64,000 nucleotides of DNA from Chara braunii (taxonomy: Eukaryota > Plantae > Charophyceae): positions 7,557,360-7,621,359 of the forward strand of contig BFEA01000008.1 in NCBI GenBank assembly GCA_003427395.1, written 5' to 3'. Each line of letters starts with the position of its first letter. Positions within the stretch are counted from its first letter, which is position 1. This document shows, piece by piece, positions 13,676 through 28,423 of this stretch. A program made the position numbers and the translations under genes. Under the pieces are notes generated by a model. That model made no database searches. It was not told the origin of the DNA and was given only the letters and a program-made list of their open reading frames with translations.

Positions 13676-16600
13676 TCGATCGGTTTACAACGACATAAGC
13701 ACGAAGTCATATGAGGTACTAAGTGTGATTGGAATAACAAAAAATCAAGACAGTATGATCAAATTTAAAACGTACGCAAAATATAGAACATCTAGTGAGA
13801 TAAACAGTACGAAAGAATATGACAAAGGAAATAAAGATTAACGATATTATGAAATTATTAATGAAACTGAAGCTTGAAGAGGATGATGCTTAGGTACAAA
13901 GATTATCGATATTATAAAATTATTAATGGAACTAGAGGCTGAAGAGGATGATGCTTAGGTACATATTGGTTGATAAAATTGAAGTTTGCAATAGAGTTGA
14001 AGTAACATGTCTAAGAAATTGACACTCATCATCCATACTCGTTGGCTTACAAGGTAGAGCGAAGTGGTTAAGAAAAAAACGTTATTCAAACTTCATATAC
14101 CGAAGGATTGTAGGTTGTATAGATATGGCTACAAATGATAAATACAATGACATTCGTTAAAAGAGAGGTGAACAACGGAATAAGCATGACACAAACGTTG
14201 ATGAACACAATGTACGTCAGATAGCAGGAGTCAGACACATAAATGTTAACAGGGAAGATAGAGGAAAAAATGTTTTTCATGGATTTTGACAATGATTCGA
14301 AGACATTGTCGTATTTCTTCAATACGAACACAATAACGATCATAACAATCTGTGAGAAGTGAGATAATGTTTTTTATCAACAGACGGGAGAGAAGGAGTC
14401 GAGAAGCAAAGATGAAGAAAGATTCACGACACATCATTAACATCGAAACGAAATCTTAGTCAACTAGAAAAAATAATAGTGGTGTCGAGTGCAACGTGAA
14501 ATGTGAAAAAAATGTGTGAGAATAATGAGAATGATTATGACGTCATCGATCACATACACAGAGTTGAATACGGCCAGGGTAAAGATAGAACAAGCAGTGG
14601 AAAGAAAAAGAAGGGTGACATGCAGAAAATAAGGTTTGAAAACCAAGTGGCAGAAGAACAGAAAAAAAAAAACTAACATCATATGATAACAACATTGTGA
14701 AAGAATGAGAAACAAAATAATACAGGGATTAGTTTGATCGAATAATATTTAATGATTTTTTTTTAGTCAGATCACATCGAAGACGGCATAGTTAAAAAAA
14801 AAAAATCATTCGGATAATAAAAATTGAAAATTATAATTAAAAATAGGTTCAGAGGAGGATGGTGGATATAACGATGAGAAAGAAGAATGTGCAGAAGAAG
14901 GAAAACAAGACTGTGAAAAAAAAATTCATAATGCAAACAAAAAAATATGAACAACAATAACGAAACAACGAGTCTTCCTACACGGAAAAAAATAAATCAT
15001 TTATCTTAAAAATGTGAGTAACGTTGCATATTATTAATTTTTTTTGTATTTCAATTAAAGATGTAAGATTACAAAACGTTAAAAAGACTAGATAATAATT
15101 ATTTTATAGTTTTATTGAGTTTTTTGTAATTCGTGTATTTATAGTTTTTTTATATGTTTATGTGAATACAAAAAAAAACAAAGGGGAAAAAATATTTTCA
15201 TCTACCTAAAGGATGAACAAATTTCGAGTTACTTACAATAATAGCGGAACATATAAGGGAATAACAATCAGAAGGGTTTGCAAGGTATGCAAAGAACCGC
15301 AGTATACAGGAAGTCCTCGTAGAATGTAACAAGATCATGATAATCGTTAGAGGGGGAGATATGATGAAACTTGAAATACAAGTTTTGAGTTGTGAAGGGA
15401 TACTCTCTGTGAAATTAAAATAAAAATTACAAATAACAAGAAAAATAAAAACGATTGCAAAAGAAAATGTTTGCAAGCAAGACATGAATACGTAAGGGAG
15501 ACTAATCATGGGTGATCCAGCATTTCAACTCGCGTTGGCAAGAATGTTCTTTCACACGAGGGAAGGTTTTGAGATAGGTGTGTCATTGCAGTAACTTGCA
15601 TCTGCAGACTCTGGGTTGGTAATAAAAAATGAGGTCTTGCAATTATAAATAAAACTGCACTGAAAAAATAAGGTTTGGAGTTTTGAGAGATGAAGAGAAA
15701 AATTACCGCATCGGTCAAGGCATGCAAAAATTCGTGAACTTCAACATTCTTAACATTGATCGCTCGAAGCATTTGGTTGATAAAACATTCATCTTGTTCC
15801 AAGCAAGGTTGCCAAATGTGCATCGTGGTGACATTCATGCCAAATTGTTTATTAACGAAGACTACACGTTCCAACACAAAGTTATATCATCACCATTGCA
15901 GGAGAGCATACGAAGAGGACAAACAACATACCCAATATTATTTTTTTAATATAACTATAAATTTATACTTATTGTTTATTAATTATTAAAACTGCAGTAA
16001 AAAAATTTTCCTCATAAAAACGAGTTTCAGGAAAGAAGGTGCATTTTTTCATTGTATCCCATATACACATTCACAACGAAACATTTTCTTGATCTACCTT
16101 CCTCCCCCACCCCCCTCCATGTTTGTATCTTTGCAATGTAGCAATAAATATATTGATTTTTACCACTATCCATCAACACAATTAGAAGAGGTTTGTAACC
16201 ATTTGTAGATCCCGACTTCACAAATCAACTAACTTCAATTTTATAGAAGTACAATTTCATAATACAATATTTCTGACAACAATGGATTGTGGTTAAGTAT
16301 GTAGGACGAAATATATAAGTGAGAGGTTAATTGCACGAAGAAAAAAAAAAAAACATGTAGACTCGGAGTTCAGGGAATTAGTAATAAAGTGAGGAATACA
16401 TTATGTATCTTATATACATATTGAAATTTAAATCACTCTTCACTGCTAAATTTGTGAAAGTGAGCGGAAAGCATAATGAGAACTACAATTTGAGGTATTG
16501 TTACATTATTTTCATAAAGATTGGTCATTATTTTTACGAATAATTTTCTTTTTTTATTTTTTAATTTAGTTGGTAAATTATTTGTAAATATCTTTTTAAC

Positions 16601-18576
16601 TAATTATAAGTTGTCTTTCAATAAAGATGACTGTTATTATATACATTTTCAATATAAGTTCAACTGTTTATTAAGAACTGAAGTGTAATTGGAATTATAC
16701 AATTTTTTATGATTATTGTATACTAAAGGAAGGTTTCTATAATATTCTTTGTGTTCAACATGATACCTTTGTAAAATCTGTAAGAAAACTGAATTGAAAC
16801 AAATGAACGTAGTACGAATCATAGAAAAATTTTAAATGTTTTAAGGGGTCCTCGTTCATGGTTGTTGTACGTTGGGATAGGTTTGTGGAAGGATTATTCA
16901 GGGTGGTGGTTTGCATATTGGTCTGATAATCTCAAGTTTCTTATAGTTGTCGTTCAATTGAGAGATAGTGATAAAGGGGGGTAGAGGGATCCATATATAC
17001 ACATATATAAGCCTACTGGGATACAGTTTATCTGAACTTTAGACAAGGTGTACATATATGAACCCGATGGTGTCTTTGATTTATCTAAAGGTTCATGTTG
17101 TTGCATAAACGGATTCTACTAGGAACTTAGTGTGTAAATATAAGCCCTGAACGAACCCAATCGGCATATATAAGGAATTGAATGGTATTATAAGTAGTAT
17201 GGTGTGTGGGCCTCGGGAACCCTAGTCTGCTACTCCTTGTCTCTCCCCATGAGGGTCTCTCTCTAGATGTCTGGGTACCATTACAAGGTTTACATTTAGA
17301 GCGTGGCCCTCGTAGGAGAGGAGCGACACAGTGGGTAGTATGTCTGCAAGTGTTCGCCCTCCTATGTGTCTGTCTCAAACTACGAGGGCAAATGTTGTCT
17401 TATCTTTGGGGTGGGGGGGGGGGGGGAAGGGGTACAGTAACATTGTGGTAGGTAGGGTTAATTGGTTTGGGTTGCTTAATGGTTAACTCATTGTTCCAGG
17501 GGAGTAGTTGACCCACACATATCATGGCCTCATGGGCTACCTACGGAGCCCCCATGGATAGGTGGGAAATTACATCGAAGGTAGAGATACTACTTGGGGT
17601 AATCCAAATAGTTAAAGTCTGCCTGATGACCAGTAGGTGCGAATCGATTGAGGTTTTGACCACTAGGCTGGCAGGTCGTCTCTAGGCAATGTATAAACAT
17701 TTGGATATGCTCATAGCCTTGTCAATAGGGTCATAGGGCCCAAACGGAACCAATAAAAGGGTAGGTTATTCGATAGTTATAGTAGATGGGGGGGACTATT
17801 ACAGAGGATGTTGATAAATTGCAACTCGATAAGGTCTTATTGAGCATATCTCTTGATCTAGTAGGTAAGATAGGTGGGATGGGGGGGGTGTACTGTATAC
17901 TAATAGGAAGGGGGTAGACCCTCTACTCCTGGTCAAGGAGGGATCGACTAGGGATTTGCTAGTCAATGGTAAATGAGACAAAGATGCATAGAGTGGAATC
18001 GTAATACACCAGTTGGAGGTTAGGATCTGCAGGGTCAAAACCTAATCCCTAGTGGTAAGCTATAGGTATGGAAGGGACACGACTTGCGATAGGACTTAGG
18101 GTCTCAGAGCGCTTGGGGAAACTCCATCTATGAAAGTCTAAAGGGTCAAGTGGGTCATTTCGACCTTCAAGCAGTTGAACCCACGAGAGTACTCCCTCGA
18201 CTAATACACTGCCTCTACAATATATTGGGAGGTATAAAAAAAAAAAAAAAATGCAATTCAAACAACTTTTGATTGAGGGTCACTTTTAAATTATATATAA
18301 ATTTGAAATAAAAAATAAAAAGAAAATACTAAATTATACCATACCCTAAGCTACCGGTCGGGCCGCCTACGTCACCCGATTTTCCCGGACAGTCCGACCG
18401 TGTAAAGAGAAAGGAAGGTCCGAGCAAAAAATAAATAAAAAAATTCGAAAATAAAGTATGTTATGCAGAAAAATAAATTTAACAACTTTTGCCTCAGGAT
18501 CACATCAAAATTAATTACCCGATTTGAATAAAATAAAAAATAAAAATTGATATATTTGTTTGACGATGTATATATA

Positions 18577-19530
18577 CATGGTTACCAGCCTGTAAGTATG
18601 GAGGCCCTGGACCGACCTCCGTACGTTCCAGCGGGCGGGATTTCGTTCGAGGTCCTAACCTAAAAATAGTTCGACCCCCTCAAAAAATTGTTTCGGGGCC
18701 AAAAAACATTTTTGATTTTTTATTCTTTTTTTTTTCTGAGTTCTTTATGATGTGTAGTACATGTCTATAAATTTTGGAGGCATTTCGCTAAGCCAAAATA
18801 AAATGAAAATTCGCCAAAGATGACGGTGTTAAAACGTATTTTGGTGTATGGATTCACGCTTCCACGGACCTAAATCCTCCTCCGTGTTCCTGCACGGATT
18901 CAAACCAATGACCTCGGTCACAAGAGTCAAGTTTTTTAACCACTATATCCAGGACACGGTGTACAAAAGTGCAACCATGTCAGTCACAATATGCACCCCA
19001 CCACTGCAAGGCTATAGTGACTGAACACAACTCAACACCACACTGTACTCCTCCGGACGCACCGACAATTCTCGCACACTCAGCATCAACTTAGCACGTA
19101 TACTGCCTTAAATATATACCGTTACTGGTACTTCAACCCGCTCACTGTACGAGGCTATGCATATCCAACCCGACAGTTCACGAGTGTCTTCCCAGTATTT
19201 TGGTGTATGGAAAAACATTCTCGCCCACTCACGATTTTGTTCTTTTTTTTTTCACTTTCTGTTTTCACTTCATTTGAGGCCCTGAATAATTTTATTATTC
19301 TTGTAATTTTTTTAATGAGCTTTAAATCATACGAGATGCATATTTATAAATTTTCAGGGCATTTCACTTAGCCAAAACAAATTGAAAAATCACCAAAGAT
19401 TTCAGTGTTTAAAACTTGTCCCCCACTCACTAGTTTTATATCTGAATGGCCAAACGTGTTAAGAAGGGGGTTCAAACGTTCAAATATTCAAGTTCGGTCA
19501 TTCGGCCCTGACCGAACACCAGCTACCATG
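18577..19530 (+). mobile_element. hAT-type MITE, same family, carrying an internal insertion
   Basis: Termini catggttacc...gctaccatg in (TA)n context; homologous interior (cgccaaagat..cggtgt). Confidence 0.7.
18836..19211 (-). mobile_element. tRNA-like (SINE-type) insert with 17-bp terminal direct repeats
   Basis: gtattttggtgtatgga at 18836-18852 and 19195-19211, flanked by aaaac on both sides; on the minus strand 18959-18882 has an A-box-like tatagtggttaa, a B-box-like ggtttgaatcc and an extended acceptor-like stem. Confidence 0.65.
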
Positions 19531-19544
19531 TATATATTTATATA

Positions 19545-20103
19545 CAGGGTCACCAACCCGTACGTACGGAGGTCGTTGGACTGACCTCCGGACATACGGG
19601 CATTCAAGGTCCCATTCAAGGTCAAAACCCGAAGGCGTCTGGCCCCAGCCCATATATTATTTCGGGGCTAAAAAATAAGTTATTGTTTCTGAATTTTGTT
19701 TTGCAATATGATGTACATCTCTATAAATTTGAAAATTATTTTGCTAAGCAAAACAAAAATTAAAAATCGCCAAAGATGGAGGTGGCAAAATGTATTCGCC
19801 CACTAATTATTTTGTTTTTTTTTTCACTTTTTACTTTTTATTTTCACTTTATTGCGGGGCCTAACAATTTTATTGTTTTTCAAAACTTTTTTAGTGGTTT
19901 TTGAATTATGTGAAGCACACATCTGTAAATTTTCAGGGCATTTGGTTGTGCCAAGAAAATAAAAGAAAAATCGCCAAAGGTGGCGGTGTCGGAAACGTGC
20001 TCACTCACTCGCTAATTTTAAGTCTTTTATCGTTATTAGTTTTATTTTTTATTTTTTATTTTTATTTCGAACGTTTGGTCCATCCCGAATACCCGTTACC
20101 CTG
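19545..20103 (+). mobile_element. hAT-type MITE, same family (internally deleted)
   Basis: cagggtcacc...gttaccctg termini, homologous interior. Confidence 0.75.
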
Positions 20104-20112
20104 TCTATATTT

Positions 20113-20391
20113 GTGTAGCACACCGGACATGTTCGGGTGTTCGGTCGAACGCCCCCCAAACGTGCTTGGCTGATAATAATATATATATATTTTATTTTTA
20201 ACTAAAGTTTGGTTACGAATTTAAGCATATCCCTAAATCAAAAGTTGTTTGTTTTATTATTCTACATAATATATATTTTTTCAGATTTTTCTTAGCACTA
20301 TTTTTATTTTTTTTATTTTTTTTATGTTCGGGTTCGGGGGGTCTTAGCGCTCGTATACGTTTGTTCACCGAACCCGAACATGATGCTACAC
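20113..20391. mobile_element. Small TIR element (MITE)
   Basis: gtgtagca...catgttcggg..ttcggt.gaac at the left end pairs with gttcaccgaacccgaacatgatgctacac at the right end. Confidence 0.55.
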
Positions 20392-21122
20392 AGGTCTATA
20401 TATGAATATATATTTTGTCTTTTATTTTATTTTCTTGGATGGGCAAGTGGTCCCCGACCACTCTTATAGCCTATATCATACCCCTATAAGCCTATTTAAA
20501 CCTCTTCAAACCCTTTCCAACCATGCTTATACCCCATAGATACCCTTTGGTGAAACGTCACGAAATTCACTCCTACAAGTTTTCTTGGGTCGCCTGGGCA
20601 GGCAGCTCAGGTAGTGCGACCCTAGTAACCTAGTATATTACATAATATAATTTATATGGAGAAATTTTAATAATTATTAAGTATAATAATGCATTTATAA
20701 TCGCACACCTGTCCATATTTTTTTCTGGTAATAAATTATCATACACTAAATATAATCATGAACATTTTGTATCTAGGAAGATTTGCATGCCTGGGTGGTC
20801 CTGCCCAGCTAGACACCCGCACATGCAAAAAAAAAAAAAGGTTTTTTATGCTCTCGTTGAGGATAAAAAATCTATTTATTTTCTTGCGAGTTGCCTTTCA
20901 AAAGGGAGGGAAGGGGGTATAAATTGGTTTTTAAAGAGGTTAACGGAGTTTAAAGGGGTATTTTAGTGTAATTCTGTTTTTTTGTTTTTTTTATATCCGA
21001 TTTTGCAAGGAATTTGAATGTGACCCTCAACCTAAAGATATGTGTATTGCAATTCTACACAACATATATATATATATATATATATACATATATCATCACA
21101 AACAGATATATATATATATATA

Positions 21123-21871
21123 CAGAGTTGCCAGGCCGAACGTACGGAGACCCCTAAGCTGACCCCCGAACGTTCGGGCGTTCAGGTCCCCGTACGAAGT
21201 CCGAACTTAAAGGGGTTCGGACCCCGCAAAAATTTATTTTGGTACCTAAAAAATATTATTTTTTTCTGATTTTGTTTTTTTTGAGTTCTCTGTTATGTAA
21301 GCTACCTGTCTCTCAATTTTGAAGTCATTCTGTGTGCCAAACAATAATGAAAATCGGCAAAGATGGTGGTGTCAAAACTTGCTTTCCCACTTACTAATTT
21401 GTTTTTTTCTCTTTTCACTTTTTGTTTTTCCTTTATTTCGGGGCCTGAAAAAATTAATAGTTTTTCAAACTTTATTTGTAGGTTCTCTATTATGTGAAAT
21501 ACATATGTATAAAATTTCATGGCATTTGACAAAGCCAAAAAAAAAAAAAAATCGCCAAAGATGGCGGTGTCAAAAACTTGCTCGCCCACGCAATAATTTC
21601 ATTCTCGTTTTATTTTTTCATTAATATTATTTATTTTCGTATTTGATTTTTATTTCAAATCTGATAAGGAATTTGGATGTACTGTTGAGGCAAATGTTGT
21701 TTAATTTATTCTTCTGCATGACATTTTTTTTTTTCAGAAGTTTTGAAAACTATTTTTTGTTTTTTTTTGGTTCCGCGTTCGACCGAACGTCCGAACGCGT
21801 TGAGAGGGGGTCCCAAACATTCGGACGTTCGGGTTCGGGCGTTCGGCCCGTCCCGAACGCCAGCAACCCTA
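21123..21871 (+). mobile_element. hAT-type MITE, same family as 6159-6896
   Basis: cagagttgcc...cagcaacccta; close colinear match to 6159-6896; inserted in (TA)n. Confidence 0.85.
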
Positions 21872-23801
21872 TATATATATATATATATTTTAATTTTTAT
21901 CATTTATCTGTTTGCATAAGTTGGGTGCAAGGGAGTGCACAAAAACAACTTAGTTTTGTATATATATATATATATTTTTTTAGTTTTTTTACCATTTTTG
22001 CTTTGAACTTTTTTATTTTTAATAGTTTATGAAATAAAAATAGTCTTCGACAAAATAGGTTAAGTCAGGGTGGTCGGGGTCGGGCTGAACGTCCGAACCC
22101 GAACGCTGGAACGTACGGGACCCCTTGGGATGCGTCCGGTTGTTTGGTGTGAATGTGGAAAAAAAAAATAATAAAAAATAAAATAAAATAAAATCAGAAG
22201 AATCATAGGATACAAGCCAGTTCGTCCGGGTCACCCTATGTCTCCGGACGGCCCGACCATGCAAGGACCAGAGAAGGTCCTAGCAAAAATAATTAAAATA
22301 ACAAAACAATCAAAAAAATCCGAAACAAAACTATGTAATGCAAAAAACTAAACTGAACAAGCCTCACGGTCACATCAAAATTCTTTATTATATGTAAAAC
22401 AAAAAATAAGGTTAAAAAACTTTTTTTTTTTTTTTTTTTTTTTGGCCCTGCTAGGCAAGTGGCCCCGGGCCACTATGGTAGCCTAGTAAGAATGTGAAAA
22501 AAATATATGTTATGCAGAAAGATAAAATAAAAAAAATTTGCCTAAGCATTACATCAAAATTCCTTACCAAATTTGGAAAAAAAAAAAAAAAACGAGAAAT
22601 TAGAGAATTAAAATTAGTCAGTGCGCAAACTCGTTTTCAACATGGTCATTTTTTACCATTTTTTATATTTTTTTGGCATAACCAAATACCTTGAAATTTA
22701 TATTTGTGTATTTTAGATCAGGGTAACCGTCGTTCGGGACGGGCCGAACGCCCGAACCCGAACGCCCGAACGTATGGGACCCCTTCGGGATGCGTTCGGC
22801 CGTTCGGGCCGAACGCGGACAAAAAAANGGGATTGAGTCAGGCTAACTGACCTTGAGTGAAGCTGAACCAAAGATAGCAAACGGCCCACTCAAGAAAGCC
22901 GTATAATCCTCACTTCAAATGAGAAGATCGCCACAGTAAGCTGTCAGAAAAGTGTCTAATTATAAATGACAGTTTTTAAAAAAACAGCCTAATTACAAAT
23001 GACCCTAAGTGAAGGCCTAAACCAAATGTAATGAAAGTCGTATCAAATGAAAACTTTTTCTATAAGATGCCACGTAAAACTAGATTACACGCCCTAAGTG
23101 AATGCCATGTTGAACTATTCATTTCAAATGCTTTAAATAAAAGTCATTGACACTTTTCAAAAGTTAATGGGTCTGAATGAAAGTCATACGAAATCACACT
23201 TTTTATAAAGTCAACGAACATGCCCTAAGGGAATGCCTAAGAACACATGGCCGTAAGCGAAGTCCTAATTACAAATAGCATTTCAAACAATGAATATCGC
23301 CCTAAGTGAAAACCTTTATTAATTATAAGCCATAAGTAAAAGTTAATTTTATTGACAAAAATAATAATATAAAAATGATTAATGTCATTACCTATGAAAA
23401 CAACTTTCAAAATGCTATGAGAAATGACACGTGTTACGTATTTAGAAAACACATCTTCACTAACAAATTAATGTTTAACAATTTGTGTTTTGTTTTGATG
23501 TGTTGCAAATCATTGCTGCATTGTTTTAAGAACAAAGGTTTAAAATTTTTGACAAAATTGTTACAAGTCAGCAGTCGACATCAATGAACAACGATTTGCA
23601 ACAATCATCTTGTTATCACAAATCAAATATCAAGCTACATAATACGACGACTCAAACAAATGATGACGAAATATTCTCAATCAATTTTTGTCTAGAAAAA
23701 TTGAATTACAATCCTCTTTTCAGATTAAACAACAAAAAAAAAGATCATATAATCCATTAATAGATAAATCTTTAAACTCTTCCTCGCATGCAGTAAAAAT
23801 A

Positions 23802-23845
<44 letters not shown>

Positions 23846-24098
23846 TAAAAAATAAAAAATAATAATAATAATAATAATAATAATAATTAATAAATAACAC
23901 CAATAACAAAGATTATATGTAAATGGTCATTAGAAAATTATGTTTCTTTTATACTTAATTATTTTTCTTTACCAATTTCTTTCTCGCTTCACAATAACAA
24001 CATTTTTCATACACTATCATTAAACTATCTTCAAATGTAGCGACAACGCTAAGTCTATCAGTTTCTATCATTTTTTTTTTTCCTTTTTTTTCTCTCTT

Positions 24099-24154
<56 letters not shown>

Positions 24155-24543
24155 GACAACTTTTTTCCTTCTTTTTATTTTTTNTTTTNTTTTATTTATT
24201 TTTTTATGAAAAACTTTATTTCCACATTAACTTCATCTTCATAAATTTGTCATTTTTCAATTTCATAAAGGTTATAGTTACGGATGAACTTTCCGTTTTA
24301 AGTATTTAATTGTTAATCCCACATATTTGATAAATGAAACATTTCTCGTATCGAAACTCCAGTTATTCTTGACGCGTCAATACTCTTGTAACTCTAAAAC
24401 ATATTATCCTATAATACAAAAATCTTTATATTTTTTTCTAAATGTAATAACAATAATAAAATTGCTAAAACAATTCAAACATTAATTTTACAATTAGTAC
24501 ATGGGATAATATCAAAGATTATATATAAGATAGTCATTATAAC

Positions 24544-25283
24544 CAGGGTAACCGACGTTCAGGACGGGTCGAACGCCCGAACTTATGGGACCCGTTGGGG
24601 ATGCGTTCGGCCATTGAGGCCCGAACGCGGACCAAAAAAAAAAAAAAAAAAATCATCACGAAAATCTAAAAAAAAAAAATGTTATGGAGAAAAATAAATT
24701 AAACAAGATTTGCCTAAGCATTACATCCGAATTTCTTACCAAAATTGAAGTGAAAATCAAATACGGAAAACAAATACTAATAATAAAAATATATAAAAAT
24801 AAAAAGAGAATTAAATTTAGTGAGTGTGCGAGCATGTTTTCGACATCGCCATCTTTGGCGATTTTTTATATTTGTTTGACATAGCTAAATGCCCTGAAAA
24901 TTTACAGATGTGTACTTCACATAACAAAAACCTCACTCAAAAAGTTTCAAAAAATAATAAAATTGTTCAGACCCCGAACTCAAGTGAAAACAAAAAGTAA
25001 AAAGTAAAACAATACGTGGGCGAGCACGTTTTATCACTGCCATCTTTGGCGACTTTTAATTCTTATTTGGCTTCGCCAAATCACTTGAAAATTTACAGGC
25101 ATGTACCGCACGTCAAAGAGAACTCACAAAACAAAAATCAGAAAAATGAATTATTTTTGGGCCCCGAAATATTTTTTGGCGGGGGCCGAACGTCGTCGGG
25201 TACGGACCCCGTACGGAACCCCGAACGCCCGTACATACGGAGGTCTGCCTGTGGACCTCCGTACGTACATGCTCGTGACCCTG
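24544..25283 (-). mobile_element. hAT-type MITE, same family, reverse orientation
   Basis: cagggtaacc...gtgaccctg with perfect 8-bp TSD attataac/attataac. Confidence 0.9.
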
Positions 25284-25363
25284 ATTATAACATTATATAT
25301 ATATATTTTTGCAATCTTTTTTAAACTTTTACAATGCCAATTTATTTTTTTAACTCTCTCTCT

Positions 25364-25473
<110 letters not shown>

Positions 25474-26450
25474 TTCTTACAAACATAATATTATGAAATT
25501 CCTTCATACTTGTTTTTAATATAATTTTTTAATATTTTTTTATTGTGAAACAATAGTTTTCAATCGAGCAGAAAATTGATGCAGATGTCAATAATCAAGA
25601 GCAACGGTTAGAACGAAAATGAGATAGAGAAACAACTCAACGACAAAATGAAACGACGCATTAACGATGTAATCGAATGGAAAAAGATGCCAAGCAACAT
25701 AAAGAGGCACGAAAAAAGAAAAAAATGAAAGAAAAATTATTAGTTGAAATAAAAGACAATACATTATATAATTCTTTAATTTTACATCATTTACATTAAA
25801 AAAAAAAAAAAAACACTTCAAATAATAAACGAATTCGCTTAACAAACATTGCAAAAATGCAAACCAATCAACAAATAACAAATAAGATAAAAATCAATAA
25901 TAAAAATAATACATCAATAATAAAACATACAAGAGTAAAAGCAATTACAAGAACAAGAACTTTACAAAATTAAAATAATCATAAACCATTTAAAAATATT
26001 GATTATGAAAAAATCAAAAGAGAAATATTAGATATCTTACAAGAAGTAATGACATTTGAAGGTTTACAATAATTAGTATGTTGTGTGTGATAAATTAGAA
26101 CTTAAAAATAACATGCATAAACACACAAGTAAAGATCAAGATGTAATTGACAAAATGATAAAAAATTTAAAAATTCAGATGCTAATATTCATGAAGACAT
26201 AAAACAATATTATGCATGTACTGAATTTAGTAAACAATTCATTGACATATTACTTTCAAAAAGAGACTTTCAAATAAATGGAAAAAAAAAATGAAATTAA
26301 ATTTTATATTTGTGACAATTGCGAAAAATCATTACTCGATAGTAAAAAAAGTCAAAGGAGTTCGTCAAACTTTGCGATCGCTAATCAATTTTTCATAGCA
26401 TAATTACCTAAATCAATTCTACAACCTACATGAACAAAATTAGTTATGAC

Positions 26451-26552
26451 CAGGGTAACCAACGTTCGGGACGGGCTGAACGCCTGAATCCGAACACCCG
26501 AACGTATGGGACCCCTTCGGGATGCGTTCAACCGTTCGGGCCGAACGTGGAC

Positions 26553-26610
<58 letters not shown>

Positions 26611-27170
26611 TTTGCCTGGGCATAAAATCCAAATTCCTTGCCAAATTTGAAATAAAAATAAAATACGAAAAATAAATACTAGTAATTAAAAAAAAAAAAA
26701 TAGTTAGTTCGCGAGCACGTTTTCAACACCGCCACCTTTGGCGATTTTCATTTTGGTTTGGAATAGCTAAATGCCCTGAAAATTTAGATATGTGTACTTC
26801 ACATAATGCAAAACACACTAAACAAGTTTCAAAAAATAATAAAATTGTTTAGACCTCGAACTAAAGTGAAAACAAAAAGTAAAAAGTGGAAAAAAAACGT
26901 GGGCAAGCACGTTTTGACACCGCCATCTTTGACGATTTTTAATTCTTTTTTCGCTAAGCCAAATCACTTGAAAATTCATAGCCGTGTACCTCACGTCATA
27001 GAGAATTGATAAAAAAAAAATCAGAAAAAAAAGAGAAAAACGTTTAGGCCCCGAAGAAATTTTTGGTGGGGGTCGAACACCGTCAGGTTTGGACCCCGTA
27101 CGGGACCCCGAACGCCCATACGTACGGAGGTCTGCCCGGGGACCTCCGTACGTACGGGCTGGTAACCCTG
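26451..27170 (-). mobile_element. hAT-type MITE, same family, reverse orientation
   Basis: cagggtaacc...ggtaaccctg; colinear with 24544-25283; flanking 8-mers do not match each other. Confidence 0.82.
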
Positions 27171-27903
27171 TTTCAGCCAAGAAAAAAAATATATAATAAT
27201 AAAATTGTTTAGGTCGCAAAATAAAGTGAAAAAAAAAGTTAAAAAAAAAAAAAAAAAGTGGGTGAGCACATTTTGACACGCCCATCTTTAAAGATTTTTT
27301 TTTTTTTTCTTGGCTTAGTAAAACGACTTCGAAATTTTAAGGCATGTACCTTATCATCATTTTCATCATAGAGAACGCAAAAAAAAAAATTCAGGATTTG
27401 TTTTTTTTTTAGGTCCCGAAATAAATTTTAGCGGGGGTCGAACCCCTTTAGGTTCAGACCCCAAACGAGACTTGAACGCCTGAACGTACGGAGGTCCGTC
27501 CGGGGCCTCGGTACGTGCGGGCTGGTATCCTTGGGTTAAGTCATAATGAAAATTTTGATATAATTTATTTTAAAATTTGTTAAAGTAATATGAAATTAAT
27601 ATAAAAATAAAAATACAAGTAAAAAATAAAAGATGGCATGGGATGTAATTAAAAAAAAAGGAAGATAAATAAGAAAAGCGTTGAAAGCAAGTTCATTGAG
27701 TATGCGTATGACATATAAGACGTTGTGGGTTTAGTCTTGATAAACTACTTGCCACACACTTACTGTCACGCAATTGAGATAATTGATTTGCATTCCTGAT
27801 CAGTATCAGTATAATTTTTAGCCAATACATATGTGAGTGTGTGCAGGATCTGCGTTGTACGTGTTGTGTGGAAAAAGTGTAGGCCTTGGATATTGCTTTT
27901 ATT

Positions 27904-28060
27904 TTAAACCACTTGTACTTTCTAAAGTTTTGCCAGTTAACATACCATGATTTTAAAAATGTACGGGTCATTACACGAGCACCAAAATTCATCCTACTAG
28001 AAACATTTCTACTATACCTTTTTCCATGGCCCATAGCTGGGCCAAGTACTGGTGGTTTAA
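27904..28060. mobile_element. TTAA-flanked MITE
   Basis: ttaaaccacttgtactt...aagtactggtggtttaa; same TIR as 45153-45350 and 61098-61211. Confidence 0.6.
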
Positions 28061-28351
28061 GGAAAGGAGGTTCAACTACTGTCAAAATGTGAAGTCTTTG
28101 TGTTAGCCGGACCCCTACTAGAGGCCCCAACTTGGTAAGGGAAAACATGCTATCCCTTCATTTCAATGTAGCTATGCCTGCAATGGGGGACCATTGCAAT
28201 TCTTAGGAGTAGTATGAAGGTAGTGAAAGGTGAATTCAAAGAATTCGTTCGAAAGAAAAGCAACGAAATGAAAAAGCACTTGTGGTTCTACATTTTCTGG
28301 TTGCGTTCAAAAGTTTTCCTGAAGTTATCGAGATAGGGTTGGGAAGACACT

Positions 28352-28423
28352 GTCCTATAGGACATCCGTTAAAATTGGAAAGATAGAAAAAAGACTGGCA
28401 CAGCGCCTGCGGGGGAAAAAAAA
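28352..28423 (+). pseudogene. U6: 3'-truncated U6 snRNA retropseudogene
   Basis: gtcctataggacatccgttaaaattggaaagatagaaaaaagactggcacagcgcctgcg aligns to the plant U6 5' half (GTCCCTTCGGGGACATCCGATAAAATTGGAACGATACAGAGAAGATTAGCATGGCCCCTGCG); A-tail; 13-bp direct repeat agggttgggaaga at 28335-28347 and 28424-28436. Confidence 0.75.

Noticed and set aside
15683-15949. Weak B3-domain-like peptide YRIGQGMQKFV
   Set aside because: The key Trp is missing and there is no further support.
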